A stretch of 64,000 bases of DNA, from assembly GCA_037132255.1 (NCBI GenBank), contig JBAXPN010000001.1, forward strand, positions 340,113 to 404,112, given 5' to 3'. The translations under genes were made by a program, and so were the position numbers. Below the pieces are notes generated by a model. The model was not told the origin of the DNA. It ran no database searches and saw nothing but the letters and a program-made list of their open reading frames with translations. Shown one piece after another: positions 9,028 through 17,513 of the stretch (positions are counted from its first letter, which is position 1; each line of letters opens with the position of its first letter). Origin of the DNA: Candidatus Falkowbacteria bacterium (GTDB lineage: Bacteria > Patescibacteriota > Patescibacteriia > Patescibacteriales > UBA12465).

Positions 9028-9885
9028 TTAATTATTTAGATATTCTCTTAAAGCTTCGGAAAAATTTCTCATTTTTTTAATTTTTAAATTCTTCAAGACA
9101 GAAAATTTCGGGCGTCTAGCGGCACGTAACAGGTTTTCACTGCGCACTGCTCTAATATTAACTTCCATTTTTTTTAATGAAAATAATATCTTCGCGCCTT
9201 CGTACCAATTACAAGCACCCTCATTTACTATATGATAGATTCCAAATGGTGCTTCAACTTCCCAAAGTCTTTTTGTAGCTTCCGCTAAATCCGGAGTATA
9301 TGTAAAGCAGCTGAGCTCCTCATTTACTACCGTGATTTCTTTATTATCTTGAACCAAACCAAGCATAATGTCAAAAAAGCTTGGCTTAGCCGACTCGCTT
9401 AATCCTCGAGGACCAAATAATTTAGATGTTCGGATTAAATAGTAGTCTAAGCCACGCTCAGCCTGCTTCAAAATTTCGCATTCACCGGCAAATTTACTCT
9501 CTCCATATTTATTTATTGGATTTGGAGTGTCAGTCTCAAAAAATTCTTGCTTATCTTCCGTGCCATTAAAAACATAGTCCGTTGAATAATGAATAAGCAC
9601 GGCGCCGATGTGAAGCGAGACGTCAGCTAATATCGCCGGCAATTCGGTATTTAATTTTAGAGCTAATTTATACTCCTTTTTATCTTCACATTTATCAACC
9701 GCATTATAAGCAACCGTATTAATTATCAAGCTCGGTTTAATTTCTCTAATTTTTTCAGCAAGCAACGTAAAATCTAAAACATCAAGCTCACTTCGATCCC
9801 AGGAAATTACTTCAAAATCAACTGAGAATGTTTTTGTAAGTTGAGTGCCAAGATTGCCCTGCCCACCAAGAATTAATATCTTCAT
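9028..9885 (-). CDS. rmlD: dTDP-4-dehydrorhamnose reductase
   Basis: Track ORF 9028-9891 starts at TTG; ATG at 9885 gives MKILILGGQGNLG (Rossmann). HYSTDYVFNG is the RmlD signature. 4 nt from the rmlA-like gene. Confidence 0.8.
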   Translation of the reverse strand: MKILILGGQGNLGTQLTKTFSVDFEVISWDRSELDVLDFTLLAEKIREIKPSLIINTVAYNAVDKCEDKKEYKLALKLNTELPAILADVSLHIGAVLIHYSTDYVFNGTEDKQEFFETDTPNPINKYGESKFAGECEILKQAERGLDYYLIRTSKLFGPRGLSESAKPSFFDIMLGLVQDNKEITVVNEELSCFTYTPDLAEATKRLWEVEAPFGIYHIVNEGACNWYEGAKILFSLKKMEVNIRAVRSENLLRAARRPKFSVLKNLKIKKMRNFSEALREYLNN

Positions 9886-9915
9886 ATACAATTAGTATAA
9901 ACGTAAAAGCTCAAA

Positions 9916-9944
9916 TTGACAAATTCGCCCGGAAATATTAATAT
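9916..9944 (+). promoter_or_regulatory. sigma-70-type promoter candidate for the pyrF-like gene
   Basis: TTGACA (9916-9921), 17-nt spacer, TAATAT (9939-9944), about 50 nt upstream of ATG 9994. Confidence 0.45.
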
Positions 9945-9993
9945 AAAATATTCTTTAACAATCCAATCAATACAAACATAAAAATAGAAAGCA

Positions 9994-10806
9994 ATGAAAA
10001 AATCACAGAAAATTTTTGTTCTGCCAATGGATAACTATGCCAATGGCGAAAAACTTCTCGATGAGTTTGAAACAATCATGCTTGAACCTGACATGGGTGA
10101 CTTAGTCGCCTATATAAAACTTAATGACGGCGTTCATAATTTCGACTATGGCGGCCCACAAATCCTTTTGACCCTGGAAAAACTACAACGTAATCTCGGA
10201 ATTAATTTCGGCATTTTCCTCGATTTAAAGATTTTTGACGTTTCGGCTACCCTCGTGAATGTCATGAAAAAATACCTTGAAATTGCACCATCCATCCTCA
10301 CGGTATCCGCCTCTTGCAGTATTAAGGGTATCACTGACCTGCGCCGTCTTCTGCCGGACACAAAACTCGCCATAGTTAATGTTCTGACAGATATTAGCAA
10401 CGGCGAATGCATGGATAGATTCGGAATGATGCCGGGAAACAAAATCGGAAGAGACCTAAAAATTATCGAGAATCTTTACAGCCAAAAAATTTCTTCAGGA
10501 GACAAACCGAAACCAGTCGATTTAATTATCTGCTCAGCGCTCGATATTGCAACAATCAAAAAACATGTCGGAAGCGACTACGGCTTCGTAACACCCGGTA
10601 TCCGTGACGCTTGGATGAGAAATCCAAATGAACACCAAAAGCGTACCACGGGCGTTTCTGAGGCGCTGGAACTGGGCGCAGATCTGATCGTTTCTGGCGC
10701 GCAATTAACCAAGGGCTGTCCGGAAAATAGCATTAGTGCGGCACAAAGTCGCCAACTCACAATTGAACAAATCAAAAACTACTACGACAAAGTCGGTCAA
10801 AATTAA
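9994..10806 (+). CDS. pyrF: orotidine-5'-phosphate decarboxylase family protein
   Basis: 270-aa track ORF. YIKLNDG, LDLKIFDVSAT (DxKxxD) and GADLIVSGAQLTKG match the OMPDC motif order. HPS/KGPDC-type members of the same suprafamily are not excluded. Confidence 0.6.
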   Translation: MKKSQKIFVLPMDNYANGEKLLDEFETIMLEPDMGDLVAYIKLNDGVHNFDYGGPQILLTLEKLQRNLGINFGIFLDLKIFDVSATLVNVMKKYLEIAPSILTVSASCSIKGITDLRRLLPDTKLAIVNVLTDISNGECMDRFGMMPGNKIGRDLKIIENLYSQKISSGDKPKPVDLIICSALDIATIKKHVGSDYGFVTPGIRDAWMRNPNEHQKRTTGVSEALELGADLIVSGAQLTKGCPENSISAAQSRQLTIEQIKNYYDKVGQN

Positions 10807-10852
10807 AAGCACCAGAATTAATAAAATGAACGATTTTTAAAATGTAAACTCT

Positions 10853-10889
10853 AAAAAAGCCTCTGCAATCCAGAGGCTCTTTTATTTTT
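10853..10889. terminator. bidirectional rho-independent terminator (pyrF-like / murF convergent pair)
   Basis: AGCCTCTG (10858-10865) / CAGAGGCT (10871-10878) with an A-run upstream and a T-run downstream. Confidence 0.65.
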
Positions 10890-10905
10890 AAAATATTTCT
10901 ATTTA

Positions 10906-12195
10906 CTATTTATTTTCCCATTCATTACCCTGTCGAACTATAAGCTCGGCCGCACGTTCCGGCTCAGCCATTAATTCCTTAACTACTTTTTCCATACGGG
11001 CTCCTTGTGAACCTTTAATTAATAGGACGTCACCAGCTTTAATTCTATTTTGTAAAAAATGTCCGGCTTCTTCGGGGTGATCAAAGTAAAATATATAATC
11101 ATCTTCCATGCCGGCTTCTTTCGCACCCCGGATAAAGCCGCGCGCTTTTTCGCCAACAGCGATTAATTGATTAATACCGCTTGTCGCAATTTTTTTACCC
11201 ACTAATTGATGGCCCTCCTCCGTATAACTACCAATTTCAAGCATGTCGCCCATAATGGCATATTTATCCGCTGTCTCGTCAACTTTAATTCTCCCGAGGA
11301 CATCCACGGCCGCCAAGGCCGCTTCTGGCGACGAATTATATGTATCATCAATTATAAATGTATGCTTAATACCAGGGAGTAAATTCATTCTTCCCTTCGG
11401 CAAACTGAAATTACTCAGTGCCTGAGCCACTTCGACTAAATTGAAATCGAAATACAGAGCGACGGCCGCCGCCGCTAAAGCGGCGTAAAGAGCGGTCTCG
11501 GCCATTACATTCTTCATTGTAACCGGCACGATTGATCCGTTATAATTTAATTTAAAATTAATCCCAAATAAATCATAGCCAACTTTGGTAAAATTATAGA
11601 CAATATCTTGAGCTTGTAAATTAGCGCCTTCTTTTAAGCCATAACTTAATATTCTCTCCTTGCTGACGCTCGCCATTTCCTTCGTGTATTCATTATCAAA
11701 GTTCAAAATGGCTAAACCTTTTGGCTGCAATTTTTCAATAATTACCTGTTTTTCTTTTTTGATATTTACGATGCTGCCAAAATATTCAATATGAGAATAA
11801 CTAACCGCCGTTACAACGCCTACATTTACTGGCGCAATCGAGGTTAAGTAATCCATATCTCCTGGCCGGTCAACGCCCATTTCTAGCACAAGAACTTGCG
11901 GATAATTACGATCTCGAAAAAGACAAAGCCCAAGCGCTTTAAATAATAAAAAGAACCAGCCAATTAAACTACGCCCCGGAGATTCTTGTCCGATAATTGT
12001 TAAGGGTAAACCAATTTCATTATTATAATTCTTGATGCTCGTTCTAACTCGCAACTTATCTTTTAGGACTTCGTAGATAGCGTCCTTCGCACTTGTTTTC
12101 CCAATCGAACCGGTTATACCAATTACAATCGGCTGATATTTTTTTAAAATAAGCTTTGATAAAATTTTCAATTTTAATTGCAAAATCTTTTTCAT
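10906..12195 (-). CDS. murF: UDP-N-acetylmuramoyl-tripeptide--D-alanyl-D-alanine ligase
   Basis: 429-aa track ORF. Mur-ligase P-loop GITGSIGKTSAKDA. Its position directly after ftsI in a dcw cluster fits MurF. Confidence 0.85.
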   Translation of the reverse strand: MKKILQLKLKILSKLILKKYQPIVIGITGSIGKTSAKDAIYEVLKDKLRVRTSIKNYNNEIGLPLTIIGQESPGRSLIGWFFLLFKALGLCLFRDRNYPQVLVLEMGVDRPGDMDYLTSIAPVNVGVVTAVSYSHIEYFGSIVNIKKEKQVIIEKLQPKGLAILNFDNEYTKEMASVSKERILSYGLKEGANLQAQDIVYNFTKVGYDLFGINFKLNYNGSIVPVTMKNVMAETALYAALAAAAVALYFDFNLVEVAQALSNFSLPKGRMNLLPGIKHTFIIDDTYNSSPEAALAAVDVLGRIKVDETADKYAIMGDMLEIGSYTEEGHQLVGKKIATSGINQLIAVGEKARGFIRGAKEAGMEDDYIFYFDHPEEAGHFLQNRIKAGDVLLIKGSQGARMEKVVKELMAEPERAAELIVRQGNEWENK

Positions 12196-12196
12196 A

Positions 12197-14146
12197 TTAT
12201 TTTCTTGTCTTCGGGACTTGATAATACTTTAACATATAGTCGGCAATATCTTTCCATAAAGGGACGACAGAGCCTTCGGCGTAAGTAACATCTTTTGGGC
12301 TATCCATCTTTGTCAGCATTACGAAAACCGGATCTTCAATCGGGGCAATCCCAATAAAGGTATGGATATATTCATTCTTTAAGTATCCGCCGGCTGTCGC
12401 AATTTGAGCGGTTCCAGTTTTTCCACCAATATAATAGCCCTGAATGTATGCCTTGTTCGAATGACCTTTCTCAACGACATTAACAAGCATGGCTGACATA
12501 GTATCCGCAGTACGTGTGGAAATTACTCGTCTTATCTGCTTAGGCACGATTTCTTCTCTTGTCCCGTCATTTTTTATTATCGTTTTAACAATATAGGGTT
12601 TCATGAATACGCCTTTATTTGCGATCGTTTGGTAGGGCATAATCATTTGGAGTGGAGTTACGGCAATGCCCTGCCCGAAAGAGGCAGTCGCTGCATCAAT
12701 TTCACGTATTTTTGTTTTTAACAAATTATCGATATTACCTGGACTTTCGGAGCCAAGCTCAATACCCGAGCGCTCACCGAATCCGTAATTTTTTACATAG
12801 TCAGAAAATACTTTCGGCCCAACTTGTAGCATCGCAAAGATAGCGCCGGTATTTAAAGAATTTTCTAATACTGTATTCATGTCGACAATACCATGCCCGC
12901 CCTTGGTATCATAATCTGAATTACTTATCGGCTTCGGCCAACCATTAATCATTATTCGCCCTTCGTCTTTATAAGTAGTCGACGGTGTTACTTTATTTTG
13001 ATCAATGGCAATAGACATTGTAACTATCTTGAAAACCGAACCTGGCTCATACTGATCAAATATTGCCGGATTATTATAAACACGAATATCGCCTACATCT
13101 TTATAATTATTCGGGTCAAAATCAGGAACCGAACACATAGCAATAATGGCCCCGGTTTTAGGATTTAAAATTATAACACTGCCGCCACTGGCGCCGTGTT
13201 TCTTAACCGCTTCTTTTAACTTTTCGCACGCCACAAATTGCACGTTACGATCCAGTGTCAAAATTATGTCCGCGCCATTTTCCGGCTTAACATACTCACG
13301 GTCGTTTACGATTATTGTATTGCTCTTACCGGCCTTCTCCGATTTAAGCGAGCCATATTTACCAAATAGCTCTTCATTAAAAAACTCCTCGAGTCCATAG
13401 CGTCCTTTTTCCTCTTCATCAACATAACTAACAAAACCAAGAAGATGAGAGGCTATCTCTTTCTCGGGATAATATCGATATTTTTGTAAATCGAATCCAA
13501 ACCCAGGTAAATTAAATTCTACCGAGCTTGAGGCTTCTTTTTTATAAACAACCCTCTCGTTTCTTAATTCTAAACTTTCGGGAAGAACGGGCGCCGTCGA
13601 GCTAGACGCCATAAAGGCATACATTTTTAGCAAATCTTCAGTGCCAAGTTTTTTATCAAGCGATTCATAAGGATCACCGGGCTTATCAAGTTTTTTTAAA
13701 TATGAAGCGATAATCGCCTCTTTCGTACTCGTAGAAACTTGAAGACTACTTGACTCCGTACTTGAGCTAGCCAGTTCTTTTACTAGATACGGTTCATCAA
13801 AATATGTAAAAAGTTTTTCCGCTATTTCTCGAGGATTGGTTATTTCCTTCGGCACGACATATATCATTGCGAAATCTTTATTTGTCGCGAGCGGGTATAA
13901 CTTCTCTTGGTTATTTATTGTCTCGCTTAAAAAAATACGCCCGCGCTCGGGTTTCAATTGGCTATATACTTGATGCTGAGAAGAAGCAAGGGCTGTATAT
14001 AAATCAAATTGTCCGATTTGCACGGAGAATAATTTATATATTAAGGCTCCCGACAATAAAAAAATAATCGCCACAACGAAACGGAGACGATTAACACTAA
14101 TCTTATTACTTTCGGGACGAGATTTGTTTTTTGTTTCGCGCCACAT
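12197..14146 (-). CDS. ftsI: penicillin-binding protein (class B transpeptidase, FtsI/PBP2-type)
   Basis: 649-aa track ORF. N-terminal TM; SxxK (GSVFK), SxN (SNS) and KTG (KTGTA) motifs in order; dcw context. Confidence 0.85.
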   Translation of the reverse strand: MWRETKNKSRPESNKISVNRLRFVVAIIFLLSGALIYKLFSVQIGQFDLYTALASSQHQVYSQLKPERGRIFLSETINNQEKLYPLATNKDFAMIYVVPKEITNPREIAEKLFTYFDEPYLVKELASSSTESSSLQVSTSTKEAIIASYLKKLDKPGDPYESLDKKLGTEDLLKMYAFMASSSTAPVLPESLELRNERVVYKKEASSSVEFNLPGFGFDLQKYRYYPEKEIASHLLGFVSYVDEEEKGRYGLEEFFNEELFGKYGSLKSEKAGKSNTIIVNDREYVKPENGADIILTLDRNVQFVACEKLKEAVKKHGASGGSVIILNPKTGAIIAMCSVPDFDPNNYKDVGDIRVYNNPAIFDQYEPGSVFKIVTMSIAIDQNKVTPSTTYKDEGRIMINGWPKPISNSDYDTKGGHGIVDMNTVLENSLNTGAIFAMLQVGPKVFSDYVKNYGFGERSGIELGSESPGNIDNLLKTKIREIDAATASFGQGIAVTPLQMIMPYQTIANKGVFMKPYIVKTIIKNDGTREEIVPKQIRRVISTRTADTMSAMLVNVVEKGHSNKAYIQGYYIGGKTGTAQIATAGGYLKNEYIHTFIGIAPIEDPVFVMLTKMDSPKDVTYAEGSVVPLWKDIADYMLKYYQVPKTRK

Positions 14147-14208
14147 ACAACCTAATTAGTTCCTTATATTACTCCTGCGTTGCCAATCAATTCTTCGAAA
14201 CTCCTATA

Positions 14209-14550
14209 CTATTTACGAGCGACCACAGTTGTTGGCACCGACAAATAGTCAATTTCCCCGATTGCGACCATATTTAATTTTTGAGTTCGGGAATTTAAGG
14301 AATAATATGATTGTAAATTATTAATTATTTCTTCGCTATCAAGTTTCTCGCTGGCAAGAATACTCACCTGAGTTTTAAGCTCCTTAAGGGCAAAACCTTT
14401 AACCGTTAAGTCGCTAACAGTTATGAGATAAAAAACCCCAATTCCTAAAATTAGCGCCGCTAGACCAATATTAAAGCACTTTAAATTTAAGCGCTTAGCA
14501 TGGCTAGAGCGACTTGCAGGAGCTTGATAGTAATTAATAATTTTAGTCAT
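14209..14550 (-). CDS. ftsL: FtsL-like cell-division protein
   Basis: 113-aa track ORF with a single TM (LAALILGIGVFYLITV) followed by a helical segment. It lies between rsmH and ftsI, as ftsL does. The call is positional. Confidence 0.55.
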   Translation of the reverse strand: MTKIINYYQAPASRSSHAKRLNLKCFNIGLAALILGIGVFYLITVSDLTVKGFALKELKTQVSILASEKLDSEEIINNLQSYYSLNSRTQKLNMVAIGEIDYLSVPTTVVARK

Positions 14551-14581
14551 ACCAGTTTACGAAATTATATTAATCTAAAAA

Positions 14582-15469
14582 TTATCTTTTTTCGGCCGCT
14601 CGCAACTTTGCGCTGCGCGCGCGCGGATTCCCTTCTGTCTCAACCTCTGTTGGAATAAGTGGTCTCTTGGTTAATATCTTTATATTTACTTCTCCTTTTA
14701 AAAATCTTTTTACGATTCTGTCTTCTCCGCTATGGAATGAAACGACGACTAGCCGTCCCTGCGGTTTTAATAATTTAATCGCGCTCGGCAATACTTCCGC
14801 CAGACTCATTAATTCTTCATTTGTCTCCATTCTTAACGCCTGAAATACTCTCGTTGCAGGATGAATTTTTGAGCGATAACGGAAAGGAATGCAATCCTCG
14901 ATAACGCTAACTATGTCTGCGGTTGTTTTTATTCTTTTTACTCTTCGAGCGGCGACTATCGCTTTAGCAATGCGATAGGCGTGCTTCTCTTCTCCGTAGT
15001 CCTGAAATATTTTTGTCAGTTCTAATAAATCATAGTGATTAACAATTTCCTCGGTTGATTTTTGATTTGCTGGGCCGAATGACATATCCAGCGGTCTTTC
15101 TCCTTTGAAAGAGAAGCCTCGCACCTCATCATCTAATTGCGCTGAAGACAAACCAAGATCAAAAACAATACCATCAAATTTAGCCTCGCTAGAAATGTTT
15201 TCGCTGATAATCGTTTCTAGATTTTTAAAGTTATCATTAATCAGGGTTATATTTTGCAATTTCTGTTCGTTTATTAATTTTTGGGCATTTGAAATAGCCA
15301 TCTCATCCAAATCAATTCCTATTACCTGCCCACTTTGACCAACTAACTTGGCGAGAGTAATAGTATAGCCCGCCCCACCTAAGGTGCAATCAATATATTT
15401 CTTTCCGGGTTTCGGTTGTAAATATTCGATAACTTCATCTAACATGACTGGGATATGCTGATAAGTCAT
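14582..15469 (-). CDS. rsmH: 16S rRNA (cytosine1402-N4)-methyltransferase
   Basis: 295-aa track ORF. HIPVMLDEV, DCTLGGAGYT and FDLGLSSAQLD are RsmH/MraW motifs. Confidence 0.9.
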   Translation of the reverse strand: MTYQHIPVMLDEVIEYLQPKPGKKYIDCTLGGAGYTITLAKLVGQSGQVIGIDLDEMAISNAQKLINEQKLQNITLINDNFKNLETIISENISSEAKFDGIVFDLGLSSAQLDDEVRGFSFKGERPLDMSFGPANQKSTEEIVNHYDLLELTKIFQDYGEEKHAYRIAKAIVAARRVKRIKTTADIVSVIEDCIPFRYRSKIHPATRVFQALRMETNEELMSLAEVLPSAIKLLKPQGRLVVVSFHSGEDRIVKRFLKGEVNIKILTKRPLIPTEVETEGNPRARSAKLRAAEKR

Positions 15470-15475
15470 AGCAGA

Positions 15476-15907
15476 TTAAATTCCTAAATCACCCATTTCT
15501 TCGGCAATGGCATTACTATTTTTCTCACTTTCTTTTTTATATTTATTCCAAGCGCCGTCATCCCAAATTTCTAAATGATTATATAATCCGGCAACAATAA
15601 TTTTTTTCTTTAAACCGGAAAAAGTTCGTAAATATTCCGGTAAAGTAATTCGCCCCTGATTATCAAATTCAACATCCATTGCGCCAGCTAACATGTGGCG
15701 GCTAAAAGCGCGGGCTCTCGCCTGACTAATTGGTAAAGCTGCAAATTTCTTGGCAATAGTTTCAAATTGTTCTTTTGAATACAAAAACAAGCAATTGTCC
15801 AAACCCTTGGTAACAACTGCTCCTCTTTTTAGAATCGCTCTAAATTTTGCCGGTATGGCTAAGCGACCCTTATCATCCAGGTTGTGATTGTATTCACCGA
15901 TAAACAT
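15476..15907 (-). CDS. mraZ: transcriptional regulator MraZ
   Basis: Track ORF 15476-15964 starts at GTG and would include the promoter-proximal leader. ATG 15907 gives MFIGEYNHNLDDKGRLAIPAKFR with a second DNQGRITLPEYLR repeat, the duplicated MraZ/SpoVT-AbrB fold. Confidence 0.85.
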   Translation of the reverse strand: MFIGEYNHNLDDKGRLAIPAKFRAILKRGAVVTKGLDNCLFLYSKEQFETIAKKFAALPISQARARAFSRHMLAGAMDVEFDNQGRITLPEYLRTFSGLKKKIIVAGLYNHLEIWDDGAWNKYKKESEKNSNAIAEEMGDLGI

Positions 15908-15948
15908 AAATCTTTTCACTGAGAAGCAGTGGCGAAGACAAGCAAATT

Positions 15949-15973
15949 CACCACAGTTCCCCACAATTCACCT
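15949..15973 (-). promoter_or_regulatory. three phased pentamer repeats, candidate MraZ operator
   Basis: The minus strand reads AGGTG-AATTG-TGGGG-AACTG-TGGTG-AATTT. That is three [A/T]GG[T/G]G boxes (15969-15973, 15959-15963, 15949-15953) with 5-nt spacers, the same architecture as the TGGGN x3 MraZ operator described in E. coli. Confidence 0.45.
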
Positions 15974-15983
15974 TACAAGTTTA

Positions 15984-16012
15984 ATTATACACCACCAACC
16001 CCCTAGGGTCAA
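15984..16012 (-). promoter_or_regulatory. dcw (mra) promoter candidate
   Basis: On the minus strand: TTGACC (16012-16007), 17-nt spacer, TATAAT (15989-15984). It lies about 75 nt upstream of mraZ ATG 15907. Confidence 0.55.
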
Positions 16013-16047
16013 CACAAAGCTTTCACCTAAAATAAGGGAAAAAATAA

Positions 16048-16082
16048 TAAAAAGACTACTTATTAACAAGTAGTCTTTTTTA
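16048..16082. terminator. rho-independent terminator after the tsaB-like gene
   Basis: 10-bp stem AAGACTACTT / AAGTAGTCTT with a 6-nt loop, flanked by A- and T-runs. It separates the tsaB-like/dus/cysS unit from the dcw promoter. Confidence 0.65.
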
Positions 16083-16136
16083 AATGAAATAATTTGTCAA
16101 AATAGTCCAAAAGTTTTCAACAAGTAACACACAGGC

Positions 16137-16520
16137 CTATAAACGAGGTTTTTTAGAAATTCCGATGTTTGGTTCGCGATCATATATTGGCTCAACAATC
16201 GAATATACAGAAAAAGTTTTGTTTTTCTTAGGTGTTTTCGGCTCAGCCTCAACCGGTATTTTCAGCGCATAAGCGAGAGCGTTAGCGGTAATGACTCCGA
16301 TTCGAAGTGATGTGAAACTCCCGCCCTGATTAGCAACAATAATTTTAGTTAACTGCTTTAGTTGGGTTTTATTATTTCGTAGTAGACGATCAATCGCCGG
16401 CAATAGCTTTTCAGCCTGAAGACGCGGTGCGGAGATAATTTTTTCAGCTATAATTTTATCTCCTTCGCGCAAAGCAAGTCTTATCTCATCTTTAGCAATT
16501 GTATTAATATATAAAGTCAT
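16137..16520 (-). CDS. tsaB: TsaB (YeaZ)-like protein, short form
   Basis: 127-aa track ORF. GGSFTSLRIGVITANALAYALKIPV matches the GPGSFTGLRIG segment of TsaB. Only the N-terminal half-domain length is present. Confidence 0.6.
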   Translation of the reverse strand: MTLYINTIAKDEIRLALREGDKIIAEKIISAPRLQAEKLLPAIDRLLRNNKTQLKQLTKIIVANQGGSFTSLRIGVITANALAYALKIPVEAEPKTPKKNKTFSVYSIVEPIYDREPNIGISKKPRL

Positions 16521-16521
16521 A

Positions 16522-17475
16522 TTATTTGAGAATTTTTTTTATTTCCGCCAAACTATTTACTTGCACTAATTGCTCTCGAAGCTTGGCCGCACCAGTCATG
16601 CCCTGCATATACCAAACTAAATGTTTACGGAATTCAATTATACCACGTTTGCCTTTTTGTTCTTTCTCTAATTCGCCGTGAAGCAAGGCTATCTTATAGA
16701 TTTGCTTTTGACTTAAATTTATCTGCTTATTATTTTTTATTTCCTTAAAGAGCCAAGGGCGACCTAATATTCCACGCGCCAAGCCAAGTCCATTTGCGCG
16801 ACTTTCACGAAGAGCTTTTTTCGCCAAGACCAAATCATTTATTCCACCGTTTGCCAAAATAATTCCTTTAAAATACTCCCGCGCCTCTTTAATTATCTTC
16901 CAATCAGCGGGACCAGCAAAACCCTGAGCCAAACTTCGACCATGAATCATTACAGCGGCTACCGGCAAGTCAGATATGTTTTGCAGAAATTTTGCCGCAT
17001 CGACAGTCCCCGCTTGCGTCCGTATTTTTATCGATACCGGCAAATCAGTATTAGCCATGACTGCCTCAATAACAGCGCGGGCGCTTTTAAGATTTTTCAT
17101 TAAACCCGAACCGGCTCCCTGCTTAATTATTTTTGGCACGGGGCAGCCGAAATTAATATCAATACCATCTGGTTTAATTTTTTCGGTGATTACTCTAGTA
17201 GCCACAGCAAAGTGCTCTGGATTAGCGCCAAATAATTGAACGACATAATATTTTTCTTTTTGACGATCAAATTTTAATAAATCAAGTGTCGTATTTTCTT
17301 TATTTTTTTGATTATAGAAAAGTGCGGTCGCCGAAGCCATTTCGCTATAAAGGACATCAGCTCCATACTTATTACAAAGCTGCCGAAAAGCCGAATCGCT
17401 AAAACCAGCCATCGGTGCGAGAGCCAATATTGGGCGTCCTGTTTTATTTAATTTTATCCAAAAATTCTTATTCAT
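16522..17475 (-). CDS. dus: tRNA-dihydrouridine synthase
   Basis: 317-aa track ORF. LAPMAGFSD and DINFGCPVPK are Dus family motifs. Confidence 0.85.
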   Translation of the reverse strand: MNKNFWIKLNKTGRPILALAPMAGFSDSAFRQLCNKYGADVLYSEMASATALFYNQKNKENTTLDLLKFDRQKEKYYVVQLFGANPEHFAVATRVITEKIKPDGIDINFGCPVPKIIKQGAGSGLMKNLKSARAVIEAVMANTDLPVSIKIRTQAGTVDAAKFLQNISDLPVAAVMIHGRSLAQGFAGPADWKIIKEAREYFKGIILANGGINDLVLAKKALRESRANGLGLARGILGRPWLFKEIKNNKQINLSQKQIYKIALLHGELEKEQKGKRGIIEFRKHLVWYMQGMTGAAKLREQLVQVNSLAEIKKILK

Positions 17476-17513
17476 AATGCTATACCGATTCTTTACAACA
17501 ACTATAGCCCTTA

